Origin: Collinsella sp.
GTDB taxonomy: Bacteria; Actinomycetota; Coriobacteriia; Coriobacteriales; Coriobacteriaceae
Length of the DNA: 64,000 nt
Direction of reading: 5' to 3'
Assembly (NCBI GenBank): GCA_018376905.1
Contig: JAHAAK010000007.1
Span: forward strand, 13,050-77,049
Shown: in pieces, positions 1 to 9,579 of the stretch
Position numbering within the stretch: position 1 is the first letter of the stretch
Layout: every line of letters starts with the position of its first letter
Translations under genes and position numbers: made by a program
Notes under the pieces: generated by a model
Told to the model about the DNA's origin: nothing
Databases searched by the model: none
Seen by the model: the letters and a program-made list of their open reading frames with translations, nothing else

Positions 1-68
1 TGCGCGATAATGGACGGGAATTACACGGAAACGTAAAGGCTTCTTAAAGAATTAGCGAGGATGAGGCG

Positions 69-917
69 ATGAACGAGCAGGTTTGCACCAAGGCTGTGGA
101 TACGTGCGGCTATCCGGTCGAGACGACGGGCAATGCGGTGCTGGACACGTTGGAGCACCGTTCCTCCACGCGTGCCTTCGCGCGTGATGACGATGACCGT
201 CCCGTGGCGGTGACCGACGAGCAGCGGGCGGCGATTCTGCATGCGGCGAGTCGTGCGCCGTCGGCGGGCGCCATGATGATGTATTCCATCGTGAGCATCC
301 GCGAGCAGGCAACGCTCGACCGCCTGGCCGACCTGTGCGACCACCAGCCCATGATCGCCAAGGCGCCCTGGGCACTGATATTTGTGGTCGATTATGCCAA
401 GTGGATCGATCTGTTTGAGCACGTGGGCTGCTTTGAGCCCGAGTTTGTCGAGCGCACGGGTAAGGCGCCCCGCCGCGCGCCGGGTTTGGGCGACTTTGCC
501 ATCGCGGCCCAGGACGCCGTGATCGCCGCGCAAAACGCCGTGGTTGCCGCCGAGGCTCTGGGCCTGGGGAGCTGCTATATCGGTGATATCGTCGAGAATG
601 CCGAGGAAGTTGCCGAGCTGCTCGATCTGCCGCCCTATACCATGCCGCTGTCGATGCTCATCATCGGCACGCCCCGCAAGGAGCGCCCGGCTATTGCGCA
701 TCCCGTGGTGAACCTGGTGCACGAGGAGCGCTACTGCCGCGCCGATGCTGCGACCATGGACGCGCAGGTGGCCGAGATGGACGCGATGTTCCGTCCGCAT
801 GCCCGCGAGGTAGGCGAGCGCGTGGTGGATATCTACACCCGCAAGCACACGAGCCCCTTTATGGCCGAGATGAGCCGTTCCATGGAGTGGTGGTTCAAAA
901 ACTGGCTCGGCAAGTAA
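69..917 (+). CDS. Nitroreductase family protein
   Basis: 282-aa ORF with the nitroreductase-type RSSTRAF motif and flavin-binding-like core. ATG at 69 preceded by AGGATGAGG. High-GC codon bias. Confidence 0.8.
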   Translation: MNEQVCTKAVDTCGYPVETTGNAVLDTLEHRSSTRAFARDDDDRPVAVTDEQRAAILHAASRAPSAGAMMMYSIVSIREQATLDRLADLCDHQPMIAKAPWALIFVVDYAKWIDLFEHVGCFEPEFVERTGKAPRRAPGLGDFAIAAQDAVIAAQNAVVAAEALGLGSCYIGDIVENAEEVAELLDLPPYTMPLSMLIIGTPRKERPAIAHPVVNLVHEERYCRADAATMDAQVAEMDAMFRPHAREVGERVVDIYTRKHTSPFMAEMSRSMEWWFKNWLGK

Positions 918-928
918 CGAATGCGGCG

Positions 929-959
929 ATGTGACAAAGGGACAGTCCCTTTGTCACAT
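929..959. repeat. Dispersed 31-bp perfect palindrome (family A) ATGTGACAAAGGGACAGTCCCTTTGTCACAT, copy 1
   Basis: Perfect inverted repeat directly after the nitroreductase stop. The same element recurs at 14103, 24854, 26403 and 29904, degenerately at 30949, as an incomplete remnant at 39232 and as a degenerate variant at 49351. Confidence 0.85.
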
Positions 960-1083
960 TCCATATCGCCGAGGTGGCCTAAAGGCCGTATAAATGTTTA
1001 TTTAGCTGGGAAAACAGTGCATTAAAACATGGGCCGATTACCTATAATCCCTTCGAACATTAAAGTTGGGAGGAAACCGGCTT

Positions 1084-3111
1084 ATGGAACAAAAGGCCAA
1101 GGAGGCAGCCTCGCACGCTGCGATTCCTGTGAGCATCTCGGCGATGCTCGTCACGCTGGGCGTGGTGTACGGCGATATCGGCACCAGCCCTATGTATGTA
1201 ACCAAGGCGCTCGTCGCCGGCAACGGCGGCATCGGAAGCGTCACGGAGGAGTTCGTGCTCGGCGCGCTCTCCCTTGTCGTGTGGACGGTCACGTTGCTGA
1301 CCACCATCAAGTATGTGCTCATCTCGCTGCGCGCCGATAACCATGGTGAGGGCGGCATCTTTGCCCTGTACAGCCTGGTCAAGCGCTGCGGCAAGTGGCT
1401 TATCATCCCCGCCATGCTGGGTGGCGCCGCGCTTCTCGCCGACGGCATCCTGACGCCGGCCGTTACCGTTACCACGGCCATCGAGGGCCTGCGCACCATC
1501 CCGGCGGTCCATGCCGTGCTGGGCGATGACCAGGGTCGCGTCGTCGCCATTACGCTCGCCATCATCATCGCGCTTTTTTTGGTGCAGCGCATCGGTACGG
1601 CCAAGATCGGTCACGCCTTTGGCCCCATCATGACGCTGTGGTTCCTGTTCCTGGGCGGCACGGGTCTGTTCTTTGTCTTCCAGCACCCCGCCGTGCTGCT
1701 GTGCCTCAACCCGGTGCGCGGCATCGCCTTTTTGCTGAGCCCCAACAACCACGCGGGCATCATGATTCTGGGCAGCTGCTTCCTCGCCACCACCGGTGCC
1801 GAGGCGCTCTACTCCGACATGGGCCACGTCGGCCGCGGCAACATCTACGCTACTTGGCCGTTCGTTAAGTGCTGCCTGCTGCTTTCCTATATGGGCCAGG
1901 GCGCTTGGCTTATGAACAACGCTGCCAACCCCGAGCTCATGGGCATTGCCGACCTCAACCCGTTCTACCAGATGCTCGCCCCGGGCCTGCGCCCGTTTGC
2001 CGTCGGCCTTTCCACCGTCGCGGCCATCATTGCCTCGCAGGCGCTCATCACCGGCGCATTCTCGCTGGTGTCCGAGGCCAGCCGTCTGGACCTCATGCCG
2101 CACATGCAGGTCTTCTACCCTGCCGAGACCAAGGGCCAGCTCTACATCCCCATGGTCAACAACGTCATGCTTGTCGGCTGCGTCATCGTGGTGCTGCTGT
2201 TCCAGAACTCGGCGCATATGGAAGCCGCCTACGGCCTTGCCATTACGCTGACTATGATGTGCACCACGCTGCTGCTCTTCTTCTACCTGCACGAGGAGCG
2301 CAAGCTCAAGGTTGCTCCGTGGATCTTCGCGGCCTTCTTCCTTTTGCTCGAAGGCTTCTTCTTCGTGAGCTCACTTACCAAGTTCTTCCACGGCGGCTAC
2401 TTCACCATCCTCATGGCCGCGCTCATCATGGGCATCATGGTGTGCTGGTACAACGGTACGGCTGTTGAGCAGCGCCAGTTTACGCTGCTGCCGCTGCGCA
2501 GCTACCTGCCGCAGCTCAAGCGCCTGCGCGACGACGACCGTTACGAGCGCATGAGCGACAACGTCGTGTACCTGACCAAGGACACCCATACCGACTACAT
2601 CGACCGCGATATCGTCTATTCGATCTTGGACAAGCATCCCAAGCGCGCCCGCGCCTGGTGGTTTGTGAATGTCGAGACCATGGACGAACCGCACACCTTT
2701 GCCTATTCGGTCGAGACGTTCGGCACCGATTACGTGTTCCGCGTGCATCTGTACCTGGGCTACAAGATCAACCAGCGCGTCAATGCCTACCTGCGTCAGG
2801 TCGTTCAGGACCTGGCTGCCACCGGCGAGCTGCCGCCGCAGACGCATGACTACTCGGTCTACAAGGATCCGGGTAACATCGGCACGTTCAAGTTCGTCCT
2901 GATCCGTAAGCTTCTGGCGCCCGAAAGCGATGTGGAGCCGAGCGAGCGTACGGCCATCACGCTCAAGTACATCATCCGCCGCGCCGCCGGCACGCCTGCG
3001 CGTTGGTACGGCCTGGAGAACTCCAACGTGAGCTTTGAGTACGTGCCGCTGTTCACCAAGTTCAAGGCCGTGAACAAGATGCAGCGCCTGGCCCCCAACG
3101 AGCGGCCGTAG
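1084..3111 (+). CDS. kup: KUP/HAK/KT-family potassium uptake protein Kup
   Basis: Characteristic N-terminal motif LGVVYGDIGTSPMYV, 12 predicted TM segments and a cytoplasmic C-terminal domain. RBS GGGAGGA then ATG at 1084 (the ORF track's TTG at 1066 is less likely). TATAAT at 1044-1049 upstream. Confidence 0.9.
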   Translation: MEQKAKEAASHAAIPVSISAMLVTLGVVYGDIGTSPMYVTKALVAGNGGIGSVTEEFVLGALSLVVWTVTLLTTIKYVLISLRADNHGEGGIFALYSLVKRCGKWLIIPAMLGGAALLADGILTPAVTVTTAIEGLRTIPAVHAVLGDDQGRVVAITLAIIIALFLVQRIGTAKIGHAFGPIMTLWFLFLGGTGLFFVFQHPAVLLCLNPVRGIAFLLSPNNHAGIMILGSCFLATTGAEALYSDMGHVGRGNIYATWPFVKCCLLLSYMGQGAWLMNNAANPELMGIADLNPFYQMLAPGLRPFAVGLSTVAAIIASQALITGAFSLVSEASRLDLMPHMQVFYPAETKGQLYIPMVNNVMLVGCVIVVLLFQNSAHMEAAYGLAITLTMMCTTLLLFFYLHEERKLKVAPWIFAAFFLLLEGFFFVSSLTKFFHGGYFTILMAALIMGIMVCWYNGTAVEQRQFTLLPLRSYLPQLKRLRDDDRYERMSDNVVYLTKDTHTDYIDRDIVYSILDKHPKRARAWWFVNVETMDEPHTFAYSVETFGTDYVFRVHLYLGYKINQRVNAYLRQVVQDLAATGELPPQTHDYSVYKDPGNIGTFKFVLIRKLLAPESDVEPSERTAITLKYIIRRAAGTPARWYGLENSNVSFEYVPLFTKFKAVNKMQRLAPNERP

Positions 3112-3171
3112 ACGTCGGCGGCTACACGGAGTTGGTTTTTGATGGATAAGCATGAGGCCGGGGAGGTAAAC

Positions 3172-3366
3172 ATGGATACAAAGGCGCTCGATGGCCGTGA
3201 GGCGGTGGTCGAAATGGTGCGTGAGGCGCGCGTCGACGCCGCCGAAGATCGGTTCTTTACGAATCGTGCCAACATGGATATGGCCGATCGCGTAATTTCG
3301 ATCGTGGCACTGGTATTTGGAGCGGTGTGCGTGTGTGCCCTGCTCGCGCACGTGCTGTTTGTCTAG
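3172..3366 (+). CDS. Small hypothetical membrane protein (about 64 aa, one C-terminal TM helix)
   Basis: ATG at 3172 with strong RBS GGGGAGG. Hydrophobic C-terminus IVALVFGAVCVCALLAHVLFV. Sits between kup and the KdpD-like kinase. Confidence 0.35.
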   Translation: MDTKALDGREAVVEMVREARVDAAEDRFFTNRANMDMADRVISIVALVFGAVCVCALLAHVLFV

Positions 3367-3413
3367 CGACCGCAGGTTGCAAAGGCTATACACTTGGAAC
3401 CACCACAAGGGAA

Positions 3414-3458
3414 ACCACCACAAAGGTGCCTGTCCCTTTGTGGTGGTTTTTGTTTTTG
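3414..3458 (+). terminator. Rho-independent terminator
   Basis: Stem ACCACCACAAAGG / CCTTTGTGGTGGT followed by TTTTTGTTTTT. The core resembles the family-A palindrome (AAAGG..GTCCCTTTG). Confidence 0.7.
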
Positions 3459-3477
3459 AGAGAGGGGCGGGGCGCTG

Positions 3478-5103
3478 ATGGACGTCCGTGCGGACGGTGA
3501 TATTGCCGAGAACTTTTGGTGGCGGCGCACTACGATGACGCGTCGCGGCCCCCTGTACGATATCTGCGTGTCGGTGGGGCTGCTGGTCGCGGCGACGATT
3601 GTGGGCGCGCTGCTCGACCATCCGGGTCTCGCGCCGAGCATCATGATCGTCTATGTGTTCGCCGTTCAGCTGTGCGCATTCTTTACCTGGAGTCGCCTGT
3701 ATTGCTTGCTGAGCTCGGCTGCCGCCGTGGCGCTCTACAACTTCTTGTTTGTCGACCCGCGCTACTCGCTGTCGCTTATCGACCGCGGCTATCCCGGCAT
3801 GTTCTTCATCATGTTCGTGGTCTCGCTTGTGTCGAGCTCGATTGCGTTGGCCCTGCGCCGCGCCTTGGCACAGGCTGCCGCCAGCGACCGCCGCACGCAT
3901 ATGGTGCTCGAGACCAACCGCATGCTGCAGCGGTGCGCCGATCAGCAGCAGATTGTCCATGCCATGGCAACGCAGCTGGCACGTCTTTCGGGCTGTCCGG
4001 TCGTGTGGTACAGCGCCGACGCCGAGGGCGATGATCTGCTGCCGCGTGCGACATACACGGCCGTGGGCGATGCCGCACCGGTGCACGAACTGGCGCCGCA
4101 GATGCCGCCGCGGCTCTCGGCGTCCGCCTATGTGGGAACGCCGCTCGATGCTACGTTCGGCGGCTCGGCGTTTTATGGCATCTACCTGACGGTTCGCACA
4201 GGCGACGGCTTCGCGCGCTCGGGCGACCCCGCCTCGGTGGTGGGCGTGCTGGCTATCGTTGCCGAGCCCGACGTGCTGACGCATGAGGAGCGGACGCTTG
4301 CCGATGCCATCGTGAGCGAAGGCGAGCTGGCGCTCGACCGCGCCCGCGCCATGGAGGCCCGCGAGGAAGCGGCGGTGCTCGCCAAAAACGAACAGCTGCG
4401 CGCCAACCTGCTGCGCTCCATCTCGCATGATCTGCGCACGCCGCTTACCAGTATTTCGGGTAATGCCGACGTGCTGCTCGATCAGGGCTCGACCGGCACC
4501 GCGGTGCTCGATGCCCAGACGCGCCGCGGCCTGCTTCTATCCATTCGCTCGGATGCGCTGTGGCTCAACGCCACCGTCGAGAATCTGCTCGCCATCACCA
4601 AGCTCGAGGGTGGCGGTATGCGCCTGTCGACCACGCTCGAGCTCATGGACGATATCGTCGAGGAGGCGCTGCGCCACGTGAACCCTGCCGTGCGCGAGCA
4701 CGACCTTAAGGTGGTGGCGTGCGATGAGCCGGCGCTCGTCAACGTCGATGCGCGCCTGATGGTGCAGCTGGTGGTCAATCTGGTGAACAACGCCATCACC
4801 TATACGCCCGCGGGCTCGCATATCATGATTTCGATTAGCGTCGACGATGGACGCGTGGCGTGCTCGGTGGCCGATGACGGCCCGGGCATCGCACCCGAGG
4901 ATCGCGAGCGGATCTTTGAGTCGTTCTATACCGCCAACCACGGTTTGGCCGACAGCCACCGCAGCGTGGGCTTGGGTCTTTCGCTCTGCCGCTCCATTGC
5001 GCTGGCACATGGCGGTAGCATAGAGGTTGCCGCGGCGGACCCGCACGGTTCGGTCTTTACGATTGAACTTCCCGCCGCCGACGTTTCGTTTGATAAGGAG
5101 TAG
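3478..5103 (+). CDS. Sensor histidine kinase, KdpD C-terminal-type (TM, GAF, HisKA, HATPase_c) lacking the N-terminal KdpD/Usp sensor domains
   Basis: TM region with YNFLFVDPRYSLSL, typical of the KdpD membrane domain. H-box HDLRTPLTSISG. G-boxes DDGPGI and GLGLSL. RBS GAGAGGGG. Confidence 0.8.
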   Translation: MDVRADGDIAENFWWRRTTMTRRGPLYDICVSVGLLVAATIVGALLDHPGLAPSIMIVYVFAVQLCAFFTWSRLYCLLSSAAAVALYNFLFVDPRYSLSLIDRGYPGMFFIMFVVSLVSSSIALALRRALAQAAASDRRTHMVLETNRMLQRCADQQQIVHAMATQLARLSGCPVVWYSADAEGDDLLPRATYTAVGDAAPVHELAPQMPPRLSASAYVGTPLDATFGGSAFYGIYLTVRTGDGFARSGDPASVVGVLAIVAEPDVLTHEERTLADAIVSEGELALDRARAMEAREEAAVLAKNEQLRANLLRSISHDLRTPLTSISGNADVLLDQGSTGTAVLDAQTRRGLLLSIRSDALWLNATVENLLAITKLEGGGMRLSTTLELMDDIVEEALRHVNPAVREHDLKVVACDEPALVNVDARLMVQLVVNLVNNAITYTPAGSHIMISISVDDGRVACSVADDGPGIAPEDRERIFESFYTANHGLADSHRSVGLGLSLCRSIALAHGGSIEVAAADPHGSVFTIELPAADVSFDKE

Positions 5104-5105
5104 CG

Positions 5106-5821
5106 CCGTGCCGAACTCTGCCGTAAAACCGCTCATCTTGGTCGTTGAGGACGACCCCGCTGTCCGCAACCTTATCGTTACCGCGCTCGAGACGCACGGC
5201 TTGCGCCATATGGCCGTTGAGACTGCCCATGCCGCCATTGCCGCTGCCTCATCGCAGGCACCGAGCATTGTGCTGCTCGATCTTGGTCTGCCCGATATGG
5301 ACGGCGTCAAGGTGGTGGAGTCGGTGCGCACGTGGTCGGGCATGCCGATCATCGTGGTCTCGGCGCGCAGCGAGGACGCGGACAAAATCCGCGCGCTCGA
5401 TGCCGGTGCCGACGACTATCTGACCAAGCCGTTTTCGGTCGAGGAACTGCTCGCGCGCATTCGCACGACGCTCAGGCGCCTTTCGTATGCGCAGACGGGC
5501 GGCGTTGTCTCCGAGGGCTCGTTCGATACCGGTGAGCTGCATATCGATTTTGATGCCGGCATCGCCACGATGGATGGCGAGGAACTGCATTTGACGCCGA
5601 TCGAGTACAAGCTCCTGTGCCTGCTGGCGCATAACGCCGACAAGGTGCTGACGCACCAGTTTATCCTGCACGAGATTTGGGGCACGGCAACTAAGAGCGA
5701 CCTGGCGAGCCTGCGTGTCTTTATGGGCACGCTGCGCAAGAAGATCGAGTCCGACCCCGCGCACCCGCGCTATATCCAGACACACGTGGGTATCGGTTAC
5801 CGATTGGTCATCCAGGGATAG
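5106..5821 (+). CDS. OmpR-family response regulator, KdpE-like
   Basis: GTG at 5106, 7 nt after AAGGAG and 2 nt after the kinase stop. Receiver domain with LVVEDD...LDLGLPDMDG. C-terminal winged helix with LTPIEYKLL...YIQTHVGIGYRL. Confidence 0.8.
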
Positions 5822-5845
5822 GTCGGCATCCGCCATCCCAATATG

Positions 5846-5911
5846 AGTTGCGGTGAAATAGTTCCTGTTTGGGCCTTTACCAGGCTTTTTAGGAACTATT
5901 CCACCGCAACT
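5846..5911. terminator. Long hairpin (21-bp stem) between convergent genes, bidirectional terminator candidate
   Basis: AGTTGCGGTGAAATAGTTCCT ... AGGAACTATTCCACCGCAACT, 20 of 21 paired. The loop contains GCCTTTACCAGGCTTTTT. Confidence 0.55.
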
Positions 5912-5915
5912 TTGT

Positions 5916-8483
5916 CTATTTACCCTTGGGCTTGCTGGCGTAGAACTTCTTCTTTTTGGACTTGCCGGCAGGGGAGGGCTTGCCGGCAAAGCTGGACTTG
6001 CCGTTGCCGGCCTGCGCGTGCGCGGGTACTGCCGCACGGGGCTTGCGGGCCTCGGGGTTACGCAGTTCCTCGACGCGCTCGGCAATTTCCTCGGCGCTAA
6101 AGCCGACCTCGGCCATAGCGTCCTCGATGGGCAGGCGGCGCACGATATAGCAGTGGTGCACCTTCTGGTTGCGCGCGAAGTCCTCGGGAATGGTCTGCGT
6201 CGTAATGTCCTCCAGCACGACGCCCGCGCGCGCGAGCTTGCGCGTCTCGGGGCGGAAGCCACGCAGGTTGCAGCTAAAGATGGCGTGGCCGCCCTGTGCG
6301 AGCAGGCGCGATACGCCGGCCAAAAGCTCAACATGGTCGCGCTGGACATCCCAGGTGCGGCGGCCCATCTTGGACGAGTTCGAGAACGTGGGCGGGTCGA
6401 CAAAAATCAGGTCCCAGCGGTTGCGCGTCTGGCGCTGGTCGCGAATCCAGGCGAGCACGTCATCGCGCACAAAGTGATGCTGCGGGCCAACAAAGCCGTT
6501 CTGGCGCATGTTGCGCTCGGCCCAGTCCAGGTAGGTGTTGGAAAGGTCGACCGTCACGGTCTCCTCGACGCCGCCATCGGCCGCGTAGCAGGTGGCAGTG
6601 CCGGTGTAGGCAAACAGGTTGAGGAAGCGGCGCGCCTGCTTGGCGTGCTCGCGCACCAGGTTGCGCGTGACGCGATGATCCAGGAAGATGCCCACATCCA
6701 AATAGTCGTCAAAGTTGACGGCAAAGGTGAGTCCGCCCTCTTCGATGAGCGGCAGACGACGGCGCGCGATGTTGGCGCGCTCGCCCGAGCCGCCCTTGCC
6801 GGCGCCCTGCTTGCCGTACTGCGAGCCGCCGCGCGAACGCATGCGGGCCTTGGCGTGCACATGCTCAGCGGGAACATCTAGGATGCGCGGCGCGATGGCC
6901 AAGATGTCGAGCATGCGGGCCTGGGCCAGCGCGGGGTCGATGGTCTTGGGCGCGGCGTATTCGGCGATGACGAGCCAGCGGCCCGGCGTCTGCGGGCAGC
7001 CCTCGTACAGGTCGATGGCGGCGGAGTAGTCGGGCAGGTCGGCATCGTAGACGCGGTAGCAGCTCACGCCCTCGCGCTTTGCCCACTTGCGACGCAGGCG
7101 GGCGTTCTTGCGCAGGCGGTTGGCGAACTGCTCGGACTCCGGGATGAGCACGGGCAGCGGCTTGCCGTCGCCCAGGTCGAGCGTGGCGGCAGGCTCGGGC
7201 ATGGAGGAAGCGGCGGCTTCGCCGTTGGCTTCGTTGGCATCCGCAACCTCGGCCTCGGCATCCGCACTGGTCGCAGCCTCAAACGCTGCGGCGGCGTGGT
7301 CGAGCGAGGGCCAAACCTTAAGAGCCGCCTCCTCGTTATTGGGCATGACGGCGATCGAGCGCTCGGGCTCGGCGTGGAGCGCGCGGGCCAGCAATGCATC
7401 GCGGGTGAGCGCGGCGACCGGCGCCGCGGAAAGCTCGGGCGCGCGGCGCAGCTCACCGACCAGCGTCATGGCGTCGTGCATGAGCGAAAGCGGGGTCTCG
7501 GTGGTGTCCGCGACCACGGCGGCACCGGCGACGGCGCCCGCGTGGTCCAGCACGGTGGCTGGCTTGGCAGCGCAAAAGTCGACAAAACGCTTGTAGCCGG
7601 CGCACTTGACCATGCGCTCGGCAGTCTTGCGGGCGGCGGGGTCAATGTCCACGGCGACGATGCGCGCCTGGCGCTCACGCGCCGCGGTCTCGCGCTCGCG
7701 CGCCTCGGCAAGCAGCTGCTCCCACAGGGCGGCGTCGTGCAGCTGCCAGCCCTCAAAGCCCCAGCGCTCGCGTGCGGCGCCCGGGGCGCGGTCGGTCAGA
7801 ATGTTCACGGCCTCCAGCAGCAGACCGCCGCCGGCGCACGAGGCGTCGATCAGCGTAGGCAGCGCTTCGTTTTCGTAATCATCGGCCGTCAGCTCGCGCT
7901 CGCACAGTGCGGTCCAGCCGACCTGCGCCAGCACCAGGGCGGCGTAGTCGGGGCGCAGCACGTGCGCGCCCTCGCCGGTGCGGGTCGCTGCGGGCGGCAG
8001 GCGTTTGAACAGCGGGTCGCCTGAAAGGTCCAGGCTGATGCTCGCGCGGCGCTGGCGCAGCGAAAGCAGCAGGTGAACGTCGGGGTCGGCAGCATCGACG
8101 TCGGCGCGACGGCCCGTGGTCTCGGCCAGACGGTCGCACAGCGCGTCTTTGGCGCGCAGGGCCGAGAAGCGCGTGTTGCGCAGCTGCTCGGTCACGCCGC
8201 GGGCTGTGATGGCGATGGTGGCGCCGGGGCGGACGATGCTCTCCCAGGCGATGTCGTAAACGCTATCGTACAGTTCATCGGCATTCTGCGCCTCAAAGCG
8301 CCCGAGCACCACGAACACGCGGCTCGCCAGGCGCGACCACAGGCATGCTCGGTAGCCTTGCTCGAGCTCGCCCTCAAATGTAGCGCGGCCCTTCAGCCGG
8401 CGAACATGCGAAAGCCCGAGGCGTTTAAGCTCATCGGCGAGTGCGGACTCAAAGCCCTCGGGGCAGCTTGCGTAAAATTCCAT
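5916..8483 (-). CDS. rlmL: 23S rRNA methyltransferase RlmKL (THUMP plus two SAM-dependent methyltransferase modules) with an Ala/Glu-rich insertion and a Lys-rich C-terminal tail
   Basis: N-terminus MEFYASCPEGFE...LKGRATFEG typical of RlmL. C-terminal RlmK-like methyltransferase module (DPPTFSNS motif). 855 aa against about 700 aa in E. coli. Tail ends KSKKKKFYASKPKGK. Confidence 0.75.
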   Translation of the reverse strand: MEFYASCPEGFESALADELKRLGLSHVRRLKGRATFEGELEQGYRACLWSRLASRVFVVLGRFEAQNADELYDSVYDIAWESIVRPGATIAITARGVTEQLRNTRFSALRAKDALCDRLAETTGRRADVDAADPDVHLLLSLRQRRASISLDLSGDPLFKRLPPAATRTGEGAHVLRPDYAALVLAQVGWTALCERELTADDYENEALPTLIDASCAGGGLLLEAVNILTDRAPGAARERWGFEGWQLHDAALWEQLLAEARERETAARERQARIVAVDIDPAARKTAERMVKCAGYKRFVDFCAAKPATVLDHAGAVAGAAVVADTTETPLSLMHDAMTLVGELRRAPELSAAPVAALTRDALLARALHAEPERSIAVMPNNEEAALKVWPSLDHAAAAFEAATSADAEAEVADANEANGEAAASSMPEPAATLDLGDGKPLPVLIPESEQFANRLRKNARLRRKWAKREGVSCYRVYDADLPDYSAAIDLYEGCPQTPGRWLVIAEYAAPKTIDPALAQARMLDILAIAPRILDVPAEHVHAKARMRSRGGSQYGKQGAGKGGSGERANIARRRLPLIEEGGLTFAVNFDDYLDVGIFLDHRVTRNLVREHAKQARRFLNLFAYTGTATCYAADGGVEETVTVDLSNTYLDWAERNMRQNGFVGPQHHFVRDDVLAWIRDQRQTRNRWDLIFVDPPTFSNSSKMGRRTWDVQRDHVELLAGVSRLLAQGGHAIFSCNLRGFRPETRKLARAGVVLEDITTQTIPEDFARNQKVHHCYIVRRLPIEDAMAEVGFSAEEIAERVEELRNPEARKPRAAVPAHAQAGNGKSSFAGKPSPAGKSKKKKFYASKPKGK

Positions 8484-8558
8484 GGGTGACCTCTCTGGTT
8501 GCGTCGCTTCATTATATGATGGATGCTTCGTTTGCCCTTATCCTCGAAAGGAACCCAT

Positions 8559-9386
8559 ATGATTGATGCGTGCCCCGATTCCGCCGTCCTCTTTTTTGAC
8601 GTGGACGGCACGCTGACGTCGTTCGATCCCGACAACATGACCGACAAGGACTTTTCGGCGGTTCACCCCTCGCAGACGGTGGTTGAGGCGTTCCGTGCAC
8701 TGCGCGATGCAGGGCACAAGGCATTTATCTGCACGGGCCGCCCCCTGTGGCTTATCGCCGATAGCCTGCGTGCGCTCGACCCCGCGGGCATCGTTGCCAT
8801 GGCGGGAGCCACGCTCGAGGTCGAGGGACGCGTGGTACACGAGGACTGCTTTGGCGAGGACGTTATCGAGGAGCTTGCACGCCGTATGGCCGCGGCAGGG
8901 ATTGAGGCCTTTTTCGAGACCAACGTGGCTACTTTTGCCCTGGAACCCGCGGGTGTTGAGCAGTCGTCTCTGATCGGCACTTCTGTGGCGCACAGCACCG
9001 AGGAGATGCGCGTCGACGGCAGTCTGCGCGTGGGCAAGGTAGGCCTCGCTGCGCCCAGTTTGGCTCGCGTAGCCAACGATGACGGCTTTATCGATTGCGA
9101 GTTTGAGCTGTGCAATACCGGTGGTCAGAATCGCGAGCTGAGCCCCAAGGGCATTGACAAGGGCGTGGGCGTGGCGCGAGCACTGGCGTATCTGGGCCGC
9201 GAGGGAAATGCGCGCACCTTTGGCTTTGGCGATTCGGGCAACGACCTGGGCATGCTCGCTGCCGTCGAGACAGCCGTGGCCATGGGCAACGCCATGCCCG
9301 AGGTCAAGGCGGTCGCCGACTACGTGACCGACGATGTCGCGCACGACGGTACCGTCACAGCGATGCAGCATTTCGGCCTCATCTAA
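8559..9386 (+). CDS. Cof-type HAD-IIB family hydrolase
   Basis: Motif I FFDVDGTL and motif IV GDSGND. RBS AAAGGAA before ATG 8559. Confidence 0.75.
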   Translation: MIDACPDSAVLFFDVDGTLTSFDPDNMTDKDFSAVHPSQTVVEAFRALRDAGHKAFICTGRPLWLIADSLRALDPAGIVAMAGATLEVEGRVVHEDCFGEDVIEELARRMAAAGIEAFFETNVATFALEPAGVEQSSLIGTSVAHSTEEMRVDGSLRVGKVGLAAPSLARVANDDGFIDCEFELCNTGGQNRELSPKGIDKGVGVARALAYLGREGNARTFGFGDSGNDLGMLAAVETAVAMGNAMPEVKAVADYVTDDVAHDGTVTAMQHFGLI

Positions 9387-9579
9387 TGAATCCCGCGTTC
9401 TGACGTTTGCTCGAACTGCGACTTTCTGCTTTTGCATGCTCAATCGATTTATCGATCCAAACACTGAGGTGTTTATACCGTTCGCCGAGAAGATAAAAAC
9501 CCGCAGCTCACGCCTTGATAAACATAGGTAAAGTGTTTAGCAGTTTATCGGCCGTGTGCAAACGAAAGGAATCAGGCAG

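Noticed and set aside
960-1083. Possible c-di-AMP (ydaO/kimA-type) riboswitch upstream of kup
   Set aside because: The roughly 125-nt leader lacks the conserved ydaO-type helices and motifs. It contains only the family-A palindrome, a small GGCCTAAAGGCC hairpin and a -10 box.
1060-2292. 410-aa minus-strand ORF antisense to kup (and the similar long antisense ORFs at 2371-4428, 12822-14969, 19792-21144, 21617-22918, 33091-34449, 33510-34559, 41762-43222 and 59957-61435)
   Set aside because: High-GC genomes produce long open antisense frames. These have Arg/Ala/Gly/His-rich low-complexity translations, no RBS and no domain signatures, and they overlap well-supported genes.
5249-6403. 384-aa minus-strand ORF spanning the response-regulator 3' end and the rlmKL 3' end
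   Set aside because: It overlaps two confident genes and the intergenic hairpin. Its composition is typical of GC-rich antisense artefacts.
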